Source of the DNA: a bacterium
GTDB taxonomy: Bacteria; Patescibacteriota; Saccharimonadia; CAILAD01; GCA-016700035
Reading direction: 5' to 3'
DNA: 64,000 nt
NCBI GenBank assembly: GCA_016700035.1
Contig: CP064998.1
Location: 791,551 to 855,550, forward strand
Position 1 is the first letter of the stretch. Each line of letters begins with the position of its first letter. The notes beneath the pieces were generated by a model. It did no database searches and was not told where the DNA came from. It worked only from the letters and a program-made list of their open reading frames with translations. Positions 22,601-32,772 of this stretch are shown here, one piece after another. The position numbers and the translations under genes were made by a program.

Positions 22601-22627
22601 TTGGCACTCGCATGTCAAGAGTGCTAA
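22601..22627 (-). promoter_or_regulatory. CIRCE operator 2 (ttggcactc-N9-gagtgctaa)
   Basis: 17 of 18 match to consensus. It overlaps the stop codon of the upstream gene. Confidence 0.7.
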
Positions 22628-23289
22628 TTAACCTTTTTAAAAGTTTTTAGTGTTCGAATAACTTGTTCATATCTAGCGCCAGTAAAATCCCCAATTGGTC
22701 GACCTGGATTACTCCGTACACCTGGAGCCAAAAGGTTAATTGTTACAAAAATTGGCTTTGTTCCCACCCCATCCAAACTAGTGCTATCAGCCACATCTGC
22801 AACAGCAATCTCTTTGCTAGCTAGCAAAATATCGGTTACATTTTCTCCTACCGTACCTGGCGCTCTTGTAAATAGCAATTTTGCTGATTGACCATTATCT
22901 AAATTGATATCACGTGATTCAACCACAATATTCCGCGTAGTTAAGGATTTTTCACTCAATGTAATAGAATAGACACCCCCGCCAGTACTTGGTTCTTGAA
23001 TCATGCTAGCCTGCCCTACTCCACCCGCATTAAAGCTATTCACCTTCCACTCCGGATGATGCATGATGCTGGTTTGGCTCGACTGATAAATATATTCTGT
23101 TAGTTCTGTTAACTCTTCAGGAGCACGTGTTGGCGCCACCATGGCAGACCCAGAAGTTATTGGACTTACGCTGGGTGCCACATTCACACTACTAATCTGT
23201 GGTTTATACACAAAATATATTGCCCCGCCAACAATACATAGACTCAAAACTACCAGCACCAACACCACTAGCCTTGATTTGTCTTTCAT
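22624..23289 (-). CDS. Hypothetical secreted protein (signal anchor)
   Basis: 221 aa with an N-terminal TM/signal. I recognise no family. Confidence 0.4.
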   Translation of the reverse strand: MKDKSRLVVLVLVVLSLCIVGGAIYFVYKPQISSVNVAPSVSPITSGSAMVAPTRAPEELTELTEYIYQSSQTSIMHHPEWKVNSFNAGGVGQASMIQEPSTGGGVYSITLSEKSLTTRNIVVESRDINLDNGQSAKLLFTRAPGTVGENVTDILLASKEIAVADVADSTSLDGVGTKPIFVTINLLAPGVRSNPGRPIGDFTGARYEQVIRTLKTFKKVN

Positions 23290-23720
23290 TTTTTTCGTTT
23301 ACTCTGTTTATTGGACCTGAATATTAGGTATACAAGTAAGCCGGTCGGGCCGAAAAATAATGTTAATAAATATGGTGCCAACATAACTCTATGGCGAATC
23401 TTATGCTTATGAGCATCTTGCTTCATCCAGGATGCGGCAACTAAATCAAATGCCATCAAGTGAGTCCAACCAAGTGCCATCACCCAAGGATCAGAAAAGA
23501 GTTCTGTGAGACCCAAAAATGAATAGTCTTCGAATGGAATCTGTGGAAAAACTAGAACAACCAATACAATATAAATTACCGCTATACAGGCTGGGAGTAG
23601 CATGCGATCAATAAGATTGTGCGTTATACGGGCATAGGGTAATAGTAGAATTAGCACCCAGCCCAGTAAGGTAGCTAGATTCACAAGGATAAATATGGAC
23701 TCAGCATTCATACTGCTCAT
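23286..23720 (-). CDS. Hypothetical polytopic membrane protein
   Basis: 144 aa with 4 TM helices. 4-nt overlap with the downstream gene. Confidence 0.4.
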   Translation of the reverse strand: MSSMNAESIFILVNLATLLGWVLILLLPYARITHNLIDRMLLPACIAVIYIVLVVLVFPQIPFEDYSFLGLTELFSDPWVMALGWTHLMAFDLVAASWMKQDAHKHKIRHRVMLAPYLLTLFFGPTGLLVYLIFRSNKQSKRKK

Positions 23721-23814
23721 GCTACCATAATCAGCTTTTGTTGACGAATTCGGACAAAAATACTTGCAAAATTACGTATAAACTGGTATTATTGCCAATT
23801 CCCCTGGAAAACCT

Positions 23815-24531
23815 ATGAATGTAGCAACATATGAACAACGAGCCAGTCTAGCTGCCCACCAGAAACGCGTGCGGGTGTTTAGTTCCCCATTGGGGCAAAA
23901 AATAGCTAGCTTCAAGCCTCACATCAAACACCTGCAGGCAGCTTTGATGATCCTATTCTATTTTGCGGCTTTTGGCTTTTTCTTTCAAACCAGCCAAGCA
24001 GAATTTGAAAAAAAATCTATGGGTTATCTAAAATCTGGTCAGGAAATCAAACAAACTAGCTCTACAGCAAAAGCTACCAACAAGCCAGTTAGTAAATCTA
24101 AGGCCACCGCTCAAACTATTTTCCAAAACCCATCACCCACACCGGCCCCAACTGAAGAAGCTAAAGCTTCTGCCGGACTTCCTCCTTACAATACTGAAGA
24201 CGAGTCCGCCCCATCGATCGCACAGCAGTTTACTTCGAGTGGCTACGCATACGGACACTGCACTTACTACGTAGCCAAGCGCCGACCAATTCCGCAAAAC
24301 TGGGGTAATGCCCGCGACTGGCTAGGACGAGCTAAAGTAGCTGGATTTATGACTGGTGTTAATGCCAGACCTGGCGCTATTGCCCAAACCACATCTGGGC
24401 GCTGGGGTCATGTAGCCTATGTCGAAAAAGTTGAAGCTGGACGAGTTTACGTCTCGGAATATAATTATGTGGGCTGGAACCGATTAAGTTATCGTTGGGC
24501 CAACGAATCTGAATTCAAATATATTTACTAA
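23815..24531 (+). CDS. Secreted CHAP-domain peptidoglycan hydrolase (amidase/endopeptidase)
   Basis: An N-terminal TM/signal and a low-complexity linker. The C-terminal GYAYGHCTYYVA...GHVAYVE block is CHAP-like, with a candidate catalytic Cys and His. Confidence 0.7.
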   Translation: MNVATYEQRASLAAHQKRVRVFSSPLGQKIASFKPHIKHLQAALMILFYFAAFGFFFQTSQAEFEKKSMGYLKSGQEIKQTSSTAKATNKPVSKSKATAQTIFQNPSPTPAPTEEAKASAGLPPYNTEDESAPSIAQQFTSSGYAYGHCTYYVAKRRPIPQNWGNARDWLGRAKVAGFMTGVNARPGAIAQTTSGRWGHVAYVEKVEAGRVYVSEYNYVGWNRLSYRWANESEFKYIY

Positions 24532-24584
24532 TTATATATTTTATTGTATAATACAATAACCCAATCGAGACACCAGGAGGAGAA

Positions 24585-24770
24585 TTGGGGCACAGGCAGA
24601 AAGGCAAAGGCAACAAACGCAAAAAATCCTGGCACCGAGGAGGTGTTGAAGCCAAGAGTTATTGGCGAGCTACAAGTCGGCTTAAGCGAGCTAGAGTCGA
24701 CGTAGAAGTGGATTACACTCAAGCCACACCCACGCCACTCAATTCGCACAGTCGTAAAAATCAACGCTAG
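24585..24770 (+). CDS. Hypothetical very basic small protein
   Basis: 61 aa and lysine/arginine-rich, with an upstream ggagga RBS. It could be non-coding. Confidence 0.25.
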   Translation: MGHRQKGKGNKRKKSWHRGGVEAKSYWRATSRLKRARVDVEVDYTQATPTPLNSHSRKNQR

Positions 24771-24818
24771 CTAGTTGCTGCGCCGACTTAAATAAATACA
24801 GTCACTCATGACCCCTAA

Positions 24819-25019
24819 CTACGGTTGGGGGATTTTTTCTACTAATGCACTACTATTTGGCCACGTACTAGGTATTTCTCCAGCCGTAGCCTGATCGATA
24901 ATAGTTAGATAGCTTGTCTTCCACCCTTCAAATGCCTGCATAGCACGATCGGTATTCTCGCGCACATAACCGTAATACATCAAACCAATCGCTAGCAATA
25001 ATACAACTTTTAAACGCAT
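24819..25019 (-). CDS. Hypothetical small secreted protein
   Basis: 66 aa with a signal-like N-terminus. Confidence 0.25.
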   Translation of the reverse strand: MRLKVVLLLAIGLMYYGYVRENTDRAMQAFEGWKTSYLTIIDQATAGEIPSTWPNSSALVEKIPQP

Positions 25020-25083
25020 AGTTTTTTCGCCTTAAAAGGCTACTATGCTAGCTTGAGAATTTTCATGTCAAGGATAAGCAAGA

Positions 25084-26859
25084 TTATCCACGCCTAATTA
25101 GGTCCATAAACACACTCGAAGGAATCGATACCTTACCAATTTGTTTCATACGCGCCTTGCCTTTTTTCTGCTTCTGCAGAAGCTTCTTTTTACGACTGAC
25201 ATCACCACCGTATAATTTTGCAGTCACATCTTTGCGTAGCGCCTTAATAGTCTCGCGGGCGATAAACTTTGAACCAATCGCAGCTTGCACGGCAACTTCA
25301 AAGTTTTGTCGCGGAATCAAATCCTTAAGCTTTTCACACAACGCGCGACCATAATTATCAGCCTTCGAGCGAGCCACAATCGCACCTAAAGAATCTACTC
25401 TTTCACCCGCGAGCAGGATATCGACCCGTACTAAATCACCAACTTCGTACCGATCCCAATCATAAGTTAATGACGCAAAACCAGATGATTGACTCTTTAA
25501 GGCGTCATAAAAGTCAGTAATAATCTCCGCCAATGGTGCTTCAAAACCCACCACTGCCCGAGTTTGATCAAGATATTCGAGCTTTGTCTGCTTGCCACGA
25601 GCTTCGATAATTAGACCCAAAACAGCTCCGATATACTCTGACGGCGTAACAATTTCACCGCGCACCCATGGCTCCGCGATAGTAGCAATTTGCGATTGAT
25701 CTGGCAGTGCGCTAGCCTGTTCAATCATGTCTTTCTCACTATTTGTGCGCTCTACTTCATAACTAACACTCGGGCTAGTAACAATAAGGTCAAGGTCAAA
25801 CTCTCGCTCTAAACGCTCTTTAATGATCTCCAGGTGCAAAAGACCCAAAAAACCAATCCGCACACCAAACCCCAAAGCTGCCGAAGTTTCTGCCGTAAAT
25901 GAAAGCGAGGCATCATTTAGGGCAAGCTTTTCTAAAGAGTCTTTTAGCTTTGGATATTCCTCTTGGCTGGTGGGGTAAAAACTGGCAAAAATCAGAGGCT
26001 GAACTTTTTTATAGCCTGGCAGTGGTGTAGTCGCCGGATGAGCCGTTAGTGTAACCGTATCACCAACACGTGCAAACTGAACCGACTTAATATTGGTCGT
26101 AATAAAGCCAATTTGGCCCGACTCCAACCTATCATCTTCGGATCGTAATGGCGTGAGATGGCCAACCTCCAGCGCTAAAGATTCGCTGCCCGACTGCATT
26201 AGAGTAATCTCAGCATTTTTTGATATTGAACCACTCATCAGGCGAACGTATAGAATCACGCCACGATAGCCATCAAAAATGGAGTCAAAAATTAGGGCCC
26301 GAGTTGGTCCGCTATCCACCTCTGAAGCTGGTACTTCAGCCACAATCCGATCTAACAATTCCGGTACACCCTCACCAGTTTTGGCCGAAATCTTACCAAT
26401 GCTAACTGGATCAACCCCCAAGAGATTACCAATCTCCTTAGCAACCCGTTCGGGTTCAGCTGCTGGTAAATCTATTTTATTCATAACCGGAATAATAGTT
26501 AGGCCAGCCTCAATTGCCATATAAACGTTAGCTAAAGTTTGAGCCTGAATCCCCTGACTGGCATCCACCACCAAAATTGCCCCCTCCACTGCCTCTAAGG
26601 AGCGACTCACCTCATAACTAAAATCAACATGGCCAGGTGTATCAATAAGATTGAGCTCATGATCCTGCCACTGCATACGGGCCGGCTGTAACTTAATGGT
26701 TATGCCCTTTTCACGCTCCAGCTCCATCGTGTCGAGTAGCTGAGCTTTCATATCACGCTCCGCTACAGCACCAGTAATCTCTAAAAGCCGATCGGCTAGA
26801 GTCGATTTACCGTGATCAATATGGGCAATAATACAAAAATTTCTGATTCGTGATGACAT
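25084..26859 (-). CDS. lepA: Elongation factor 4 (LepA)
   Basis: G domain NFCIIAHIDHGKSTLADRLL and the LepA-specific C-terminal domain. Confidence 0.95.
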   Translation of the reverse strand: MSSRIRNFCIIAHIDHGKSTLADRLLEITGAVAERDMKAQLLDTMELEREKGITIKLQPARMQWQDHELNLIDTPGHVDFSYEVSRSLEAVEGAILVVDASQGIQAQTLANVYMAIEAGLTIIPVMNKIDLPAAEPERVAKEIGNLLGVDPVSIGKISAKTGEGVPELLDRIVAEVPASEVDSGPTRALIFDSIFDGYRGVILYVRLMSGSISKNAEITLMQSGSESLALEVGHLTPLRSEDDRLESGQIGFITTNIKSVQFARVGDTVTLTAHPATTPLPGYKKVQPLIFASFYPTSQEEYPKLKDSLEKLALNDASLSFTAETSAALGFGVRIGFLGLLHLEIIKERLEREFDLDLIVTSPSVSYEVERTNSEKDMIEQASALPDQSQIATIAEPWVRGEIVTPSEYIGAVLGLIIEARGKQTKLEYLDQTRAVVGFEAPLAEIITDFYDALKSQSSGFASLTYDWDRYEVGDLVRVDILLAGERVDSLGAIVARSKADNYGRALCEKLKDLIPRQNFEVAVQAAIGSKFIARETIKALRKDVTAKLYGGDVSRKKKLLQKQKKGKARMKQIGKVSIPSSVFMDLIRRG

Positions 26860-26873
26860 CTTTTACTTCCCCC

Positions 26874-28481
26874 TTATGCTCCAATATGCTTTCTTAATCG
26901 CTTACGATAACGAGATTTTACTAACCTCAGCACCATATCGGCCTCTTTAACGCGTAATAGTTTTGTAGCAAAGAAATAAACAAAAACACCAACCGTACAA
27001 ATAAAGGCAAACTTTGGCCCCAGAGTACGCCAACCAACATCTCCGCGCAATAGCGGGAACAGCGATACAATCATCATATACATCACCGAAGCCATTACTA
27101 GCGTGGCTAAACTTGTGCGTACGGCCGTACGTAAAATACTCCGCCCACCATAGGGTCCGATCTTTCGGCGCAGTAAAAACATAAGAATAATTAACTCAAT
27201 ACTTGTCACTAAAGAAAGTGCCATCGCAAGCCCCGGCGTGCCAAACATCCGAGCAAATAAATAGCTCAGCGGGATATTAATAAACAATGTAAAAATACTG
27301 GTAAAAAGTGGTGTCTTGGTGTCTTCTAGGGCGTAGAAAATTCTTGCCACCACAAAAAATAAACTTTGCGCCACAATTACGCCCGCAAACCAACCCAAGG
27401 TATCAGCTGTGGTTTGATCACCAAAGCCCAGCAGCAAGCGCACAATATATCCTCGCATTACCACCGTAACAGCCATTGATGGAACAATTAAAAATAATAC
27501 GAGCGATAAGGTACGAACTATTTCGTTTGGTAAGCGATGTTTATCTTTTGATTTGGAGGCTCTAATAAGCGTCGGGAAGACTGCCGTTGCAATTGCTCCA
27601 CCAAATAAACCGAGTGGAACATTTTTTAAATTATTTGCAAAATAATAGCTCGATAATGATCCAGCAGCTAGCTGTGACCCAATTGCCGTTTCAACAATAG
27701 TATTGACTTGTTCAATACCCAAGTCTAGTGAGCGGGGTACCATCAATTTTAAGACACGAATAACAGCCGGGTGCCAAAATTTAATACTAAAAGAATAGCG
27801 AAAACCAAGCCCCACCAGGCCAAATGACTGCATAATTGCCTGCAAGGCAGTGCCTGCTACTACACCCCAGGCCACCCCATAAATCGGCTGGGCAAATAGT
27901 GGTTCCAGAAATAGGATACCAAAGATAATGCCGATATTGTAAAACACGCTAGCTAGAGCAAACAGTACAAAGCGCTGGAAGGCTTGCTGAATAGCGCCAA
28001 AAATCGCTGAGATTGCAAAAAATAATGGTGTAATTAATAAAATTCGAGTCAGATGAACGGTTAATTCCATCCGCTCAGCGTCAAAGCCAGGAGCAATCAA
28101 CTTCACCAAAGGCTCTGCAAAAATAAAAGAAAACACTCCAAATACCGCCGTAACAAGTACTAATAAGTTTAGAAGGGTGCTAGCTACTTCCCAAGCTTCA
28201 TCAACTTTTTTACGCTCTAAGAAGCCAACAAAAACCGGTATAAAAGAAACTGCAAAAGCGCCCGATACCAAGAGAGTAAAAAGTAGATCTGGAATGCGAA
28301 AAGCCGCTGCATAAGCATCAGCTTGTGGTGACAAGCCAAAGTTAGACGCCAAGAGTCGATCTCGCACGAGTCCCAGTAGTCGGCTCAATAAATAAGATAG
28401 CGAAATTAAAGCAGCCGCCATTGAGATAGACCGGCGCTTATTAATTTTGGATAAAATTGATCGGACTGAGCGTTTCATCAT
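26874..28481 (-). CDS. murJ: Lipid II flippase MurJ (MviN)
   Basis: 535 aa with about 14 TM helices and a MurJ N-terminal pattern. Confidence 0.85.
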   Translation of the reverse strand: MMKRSVRSILSKINKRRSISMAAALISLSYLLSRLLGLVRDRLLASNFGLSPQADAYAAAFRIPDLLFTLLVSGAFAVSFIPVFVGFLERKKVDEAWEVASTLLNLLVLVTAVFGVFSFIFAEPLVKLIAPGFDAERMELTVHLTRILLITPLFFAISAIFGAIQQAFQRFVLFALASVFYNIGIIFGILFLEPLFAQPIYGVAWGVVAGTALQAIMQSFGLVGLGFRYSFSIKFWHPAVIRVLKLMVPRSLDLGIEQVNTIVETAIGSQLAAGSLSSYYFANNLKNVPLGLFGGAIATAVFPTLIRASKSKDKHRLPNEIVRTLSLVLFLIVPSMAVTVVMRGYIVRLLLGFGDQTTADTLGWFAGVIVAQSLFFVVARIFYALEDTKTPLFTSIFTLFINIPLSYLFARMFGTPGLAMALSLVTSIELIILMFLLRRKIGPYGGRSILRTAVRTSLATLVMASVMYMMIVSLFPLLRGDVGWRTLGPKFAFICTVGVFVYFFATKLLRVKEADMVLRLVKSRYRKRLRKHIGA

Positions 28482-28601
28482 AAAATAACTTTTTGGTTTT
28501 AATAAAAGAAGTTGACCTCAAGCTTATTAGATGTATCAATACGACAATATAAGCTATCGAGAGCCAACCTCACATTTATAAAAAGCCTAAAACTCTATAT
28601 T

Positions 28602-30443
28602 CTATTTTACCGTTTTTTTCGCCTTAGGGGGAGCCTTTTTTTCTTTATCAACGGAATCGAATAGTGCCTCAAACTCCTTACCTTCGATTGTTTCTTCTTC
28701 AATCAGCTTATCGGTAATCTGATCTAGCTTAGCTCGATGACTAATAATTACCTCTTCCGCTCGCTTAGTGGCTTCACGAATAATATGTGCCACCTCTTCA
28801 TCAATCTTGTCTTGAGTCTGCTCAGAATAATTACGCCCCTCAGCAAACGAACGACCCAAGAAAACCGAACCTTCATGCGATCCAAAAACTTGATTATTCA
28901 GCTCACGCCCCATACCATACTCGGTAATCATCCGCCGAGCCAGCTGGTTGGCATGTTTCAAATCGCTCTCAGCCCCAGTGGTGACATCGCCAAACACAAT
29001 TTTCTCAGCTGTCCGTCCACCCAAACTCATGGTAATCTCATCCAAAAAGTCAGCCACCGAATGAAGGTGCTTATCTTCTGTAGGCAAGCTCCAAGTAACT
29101 CCTCCAGCCATACCGCGCGATACAATCGAAACTTTATGTACTGGATTACAATTTTCCAATAGATGCGAGAGTAATGCATGACCAGCTTCGTGATAAGCCG
29201 TGATCTTCTTTTCTTTGTCGCTTAAGACATGGCTCTTGCGCTCTGGGCCCAACGCAACTTTTTCAACTGCTTCATGAAAATCAGCTTGAGTAATCTTTTT
29301 GCGATCCTTACGGGCAGCGTGAATAGCAGCTTCGTTGGCAATATTTGCCAGATCAGCACCCGACACACCTGGGGTCTTACGAGCAACTTCAGCCAGATTG
29401 ACATCTTTATCTAATGGTTTCTTTTGGGTGTGTACACCAAGAATCTCTTCGCGTTGCTTCATATCTGGAGCATCAATCGTAACCCGACGGTCAAATCGAC
29501 CAGGTCGCAGTAATGCTGGGTCTAGCACATCCGGTCGGTTGGTGGCAGCCATTACAATTACATTAGTACCCTGCTCAAATCCATCCATCTCTACCAATAT
29601 TTGATTGAGTGTCTGCTCGCGTTCATCATGTCCGCCACCCAGGCCAGTACCACGCTGACGGCCAACTGCATCAATCTCATCAATAAACACAATACATGGT
29701 GAGTTTTTCTTAGCTCTAGCGAATAAATCGCGCACTCGGCTGGCACCAACACCAACAAACATTTCAACAAACTCCGAACCAGAGATTGAGAAAAATGGCA
29801 CACCAGCCTCACCGGCAACAGCGCGTGCCATCAAGGTTTTACCAGTACCAGGTGAGCCAAAAAGCAACACGCCTTTAGGAATCTTGGCTCCCAAAGCCTC
29901 AAACTTTTTAGGATATTTTAGAAATTCTACAATCTCTTGCAATTCTTGCTTGGCTTCAATCGCTCCGGCCACGTCGCTAAAGGTTACTTTTTGAGTCTCA
30001 CCACCTGCCACACGAGCCTTCGAGCGACCAAAGCTCATAGCAGCATTATTCTGACCCTGAGCCTGACGCATAATAAAGTAGAAGAAGCCAATAATAAATA
30101 CCACTGGCAGGAAGGCAAACAGGGCATCCATCCACTTGCCCGAACCATCATCAGGATTTTGCGGATCGATCTTTACCTTTGAATAATCCACACCGTAGTC
30201 GGTCAACATGGCGTTAGCCTCCATAAAGGCTTCCTGTTTCTGGCCGTCTTTTAGCTTAATTAAAAGTTGCTGGCCGTTTATTTTAATCGACTCAACATTA
30301 TCTTTTCTAGTTTCTTCCAGCAACCTAGACAGCGATACAGACTGAGGCTTTTCTTGAGTTTGGCTATTTAAAACTAATAGCCCAATCAAAACCACCGTTC
30401 CAATAAGGACATATATCATATTCCGTGGGATTTTCTTGATCAT
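28602..30443 (-). CDS. ftsH: ATP-dependent zinc metalloprotease FtsH
   Basis: Walker [12 protein letters not shown], and HEAGHAL zinc motif. Confidence 0.95.
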   Translation of the reverse strand: MIKKIPRNMIYVLIGTVVLIGLLVLNSQTQEKPQSVSLSRLLEETRKDNVESIKINGQQLLIKLKDGQKQEAFMEANAMLTDYGVDYSKVKIDPQNPDDGSGKWMDALFAFLPVVFIIGFFYFIMRQAQGQNNAAMSFGRSKARVAGGETQKVTFSDVAGAIEAKQELQEIVEFLKYPKKFEALGAKIPKGVLLFGSPGTGKTLMARAVAGEAGVPFFSISGSEFVEMFVGVGASRVRDLFARAKKNSPCIVFIDEIDAVGRQRGTGLGGGHDEREQTLNQILVEMDGFEQGTNVIVMAATNRPDVLDPALLRPGRFDRRVTIDAPDMKQREEILGVHTQKKPLDKDVNLAEVARKTPGVSGADLANIANEAAIHAARKDRKKITQADFHEAVEKVALGPERKSHVLSDKEKKITAYHEAGHALLSHLLENCNPVHKVSIVSRGMAGGVTWSLPTEDKHLHSVADFLDEITMSLGGRTAEKIVFGDVTTGAESDLKHANQLARRMITEYGMGRELNNQVFGSHEGSVFLGRSFAEGRNYSEQTQDKIDEEVAHIIREATKRAEEVIISHRAKLDQITDKLIEEETIEGKEFEALFDSVDKEKKAPPKAKKTVK

Positions 30444-30463
30444 ATTTTACCTACCTTCTAAAA

Positions 30464-31798
30464 CTAAGCCACTTTTACGGCCAACGTGTGGGCTGGCGCA
30501 TCTACCCCAGCTGGTGCAAAATGCCTACTCCGAGCAAGTCTTGGTACTAGGGCCACCTCATTTTTTTCCGTCACCACAATTGGCCACGTCAAACGCTCAC
30601 TTCGGGGAACTTTTCTATCAACAAAAATGTCTTGAATCTTCTTCGTGCCACGCATTCCAATGGGTGCTATTCTATCGCCCGACTGCCACCTACGCACATA
30701 ATAGGTATGCGGCCTAAGATAATGACTAGCAAGACAAGTTCCATCATCTACTTGCCCGTCCTGTAGTACCAGATTAAATTTACCAAACTGCAGTACTTTT
30801 CCAAATGGAAGCTGCTGAGTCTTATCCGATACGGAATATTCAGGTGTTGCCGAACGCAAGACGAACTTCACTCTATCATATTCTCGCGCCATCAGCAACC
30901 CTGGTAGAGCCTCCGAATAGCTCCCCGAACTAGCACTTGCCCACCAGGCCAGTGCCGAATCTAGATTACGCTGTGAAATCCGCCGGCCAGCAGTTAGTTG
31001 ACGCGCCATATACGAAAGTAAATTTAACTGGACTAATGGCGAAAGTCGTAAAAACTTCACTCGGTCAATCTCATAGCCGCCAGCAATCTTATCACCAATT
31101 TCGGCAAGTAAATGTCCTAGCTTCTGCTCAATTCGATCATTTATCGTCTCTAGATGGTCAATCCAATTAGATAGATTATTATGGTAGTGCGCATCTTGAG
31201 TTGGCGCAAAATGCATGAGCTCATGGCGAATTAGATTACGCGTGTAGGATCGATCATTATTGGTGGCATCTTCTCGCCACTGCAAATCACGCAATGCCGC
31301 ATAGGTAATTAAATCCCCTCGCCCAAAACCAATTAAAGGGCGCACCACAATATCATGCCTATTGCCGAGGCTCGTCAGGCCAACCCGATCGGCACCCCGA
31401 ATAGCATGCCAAGCCGTCGTCTCCAGCCTATCGTGCCGATGATGAGCGGTGACAATTTTATCCGCACCTGCCTCACGACGAACTTCATCTAACCAATTGT
31501 AGCGAGCCTGGCGCAAAACAGCCTCACTTTGGGGGGTTCTTGGTAAAACACCCAATAAATATTTATATCCGTACCGATCAGCCAATGCCCCCACAAAGCT
31601 AGCATCATCAGCCGATGCCTCACGCTGACCATGATCTAGGTGTGCAACAATTAATTGCCAATCCCATTTTTCTTGTAAGCGATGTAGTAAATCTAAAAGT
31701 GTAACCGAGTCACGCCCACCAGAAACCGCCACGATATATGTACCGTGCTCTGGCATAAGCGCTTGCCGTCTAAGGGTTTTTTCAAGCTGATGGAGCAT
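30464..31798 (-). CDS. tilS: tRNA(Ile)-lysidine synthetase TilS
   Basis: PP-loop VAVSGGRDS plus a C-terminal tRNA-binding domain. It sits next to ftsH, as in many genomes. Confidence 0.85.
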   Translation of the reverse strand: MLHQLEKTLRRQALMPEHGTYIVAVSGGRDSVTLLDLLHRLQEKWDWQLIVAHLDHGQREASADDASFVGALADRYGYKYLLGVLPRTPQSEAVLRQARYNWLDEVRREAGADKIVTAHHRHDRLETTAWHAIRGADRVGLTSLGNRHDIVVRPLIGFGRGDLITYAALRDLQWREDATNNDRSYTRNLIRHELMHFAPTQDAHYHNNLSNWIDHLETINDRIEQKLGHLLAEIGDKIAGGYEIDRVKFLRLSPLVQLNLLSYMARQLTAGRRISQRNLDSALAWWASASSGSYSEALPGLLMAREYDRVKFVLRSATPEYSVSDKTQQLPFGKVLQFGKFNLVLQDGQVDDGTCLASHYLRPHTYYVRRWQSGDRIAPIGMRGTKKIQDIFVDRKVPRSERLTWPIVVTEKNEVALVPRLARSRHFAPAGVDAPAHTLAVKVA

Positions 31799-32109
31799 AT
31801 ATTCTATTGTAGCCCAGTCTGGGTCTTAACGCATCTCCACCACATACGACATTAAACAAAATCATATCCATATCGGCTGGGTTGGAGTTAGTATTGACAT
31901 CTGTAATAGCTTGACGCAATGAACCAGCATCAGAGTCATTGACGTTAGTAACAGTAAAAGTAGCTGAAGTGACTTAAGCATGAGGTGCCATAAAAAAGAA
32001 ACCTGCCACCATCACTTAAATAACAGAAGTAATTTTTGTAAGCAAACTATACACCCTCATAAATATCTCTTCTCACTTATATAGCAAGCATAAATTATTT
32101 CAAAACTAA

Positions 32110-32733
32110 CTAGTCTTTTTTAGCTTCCACTACAATGCGACCATCAGCCGAGCCTGATAATGTACAACTATAGAGTGTTAGCTTTGAATCACTCGTTGCA
32201 TCCTCAATCTCCACCGCATCTGGTGCTACATCATATATTTTTGTCACTTTATAGGTGTACCACTCTTCATTAAAGAACACCCGAATTGTATCGCCCACCA
32301 CCAACTTATCTAAATTATAGAACGGTGAACGAACTTTCGTTAAAACTGGATCGCCAGCAATCTTAAAACGATGAGCTGATAAAATAAAATTGCCACCTTT
32401 TACAGGATTGCCTCGATCTGGAAAACGATGCCAAGCGCCCTTCTCAAGAGCTTCAGCTCCACCAGTATAAAAGGGTACCTCCAGATTAATTTTTTCTATC
32501 TGAATTCTATCCCTCATATCGTTAGAGTCATCTGTAGTACTCAAGTCAATCCCACTCTTAACCGGTAATTTAGTTTGGGTTGGTGCCAAAAGTAGAAGCC
32601 CCAAATATAAACCAATCACAAGAAAAACGACAGCAAGTATTAAAGCCAATACCCTACCGAGACCAGTCCGTCGAGACCGTTTTAGTGACGACCCCCGAAA
32701 CTGCTTACTATTACGATTTTTTGCAAAACGCAT
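32110..32733 (-). CDS. Sortase (transpeptidase)
   Basis: Signal anchor. His in ILSAHR, TLXTC motif LTLYSCT, and a conserved Arg. Confidence 0.8.
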   Translation of the reverse strand: MRFAKNRNSKQFRGSSLKRSRRTGLGRVLALILAVVFLVIGLYLGLLLLAPTQTKLPVKSGIDLSTTDDSNDMRDRIQIEKINLEVPFYTGGAEALEKGAWHRFPDRGNPVKGGNFILSAHRFKIAGDPVLTKVRSPFYNLDKLVVGDTIRVFFNEEWYTYKVTKIYDVAPDAVEIEDATSDSKLTLYSCTLSGSADGRIVVEAKKD

Positions 32734-32772
32734 ATGTTATTTATTATATGCGTATTTGCTAAAAATAAAAAA

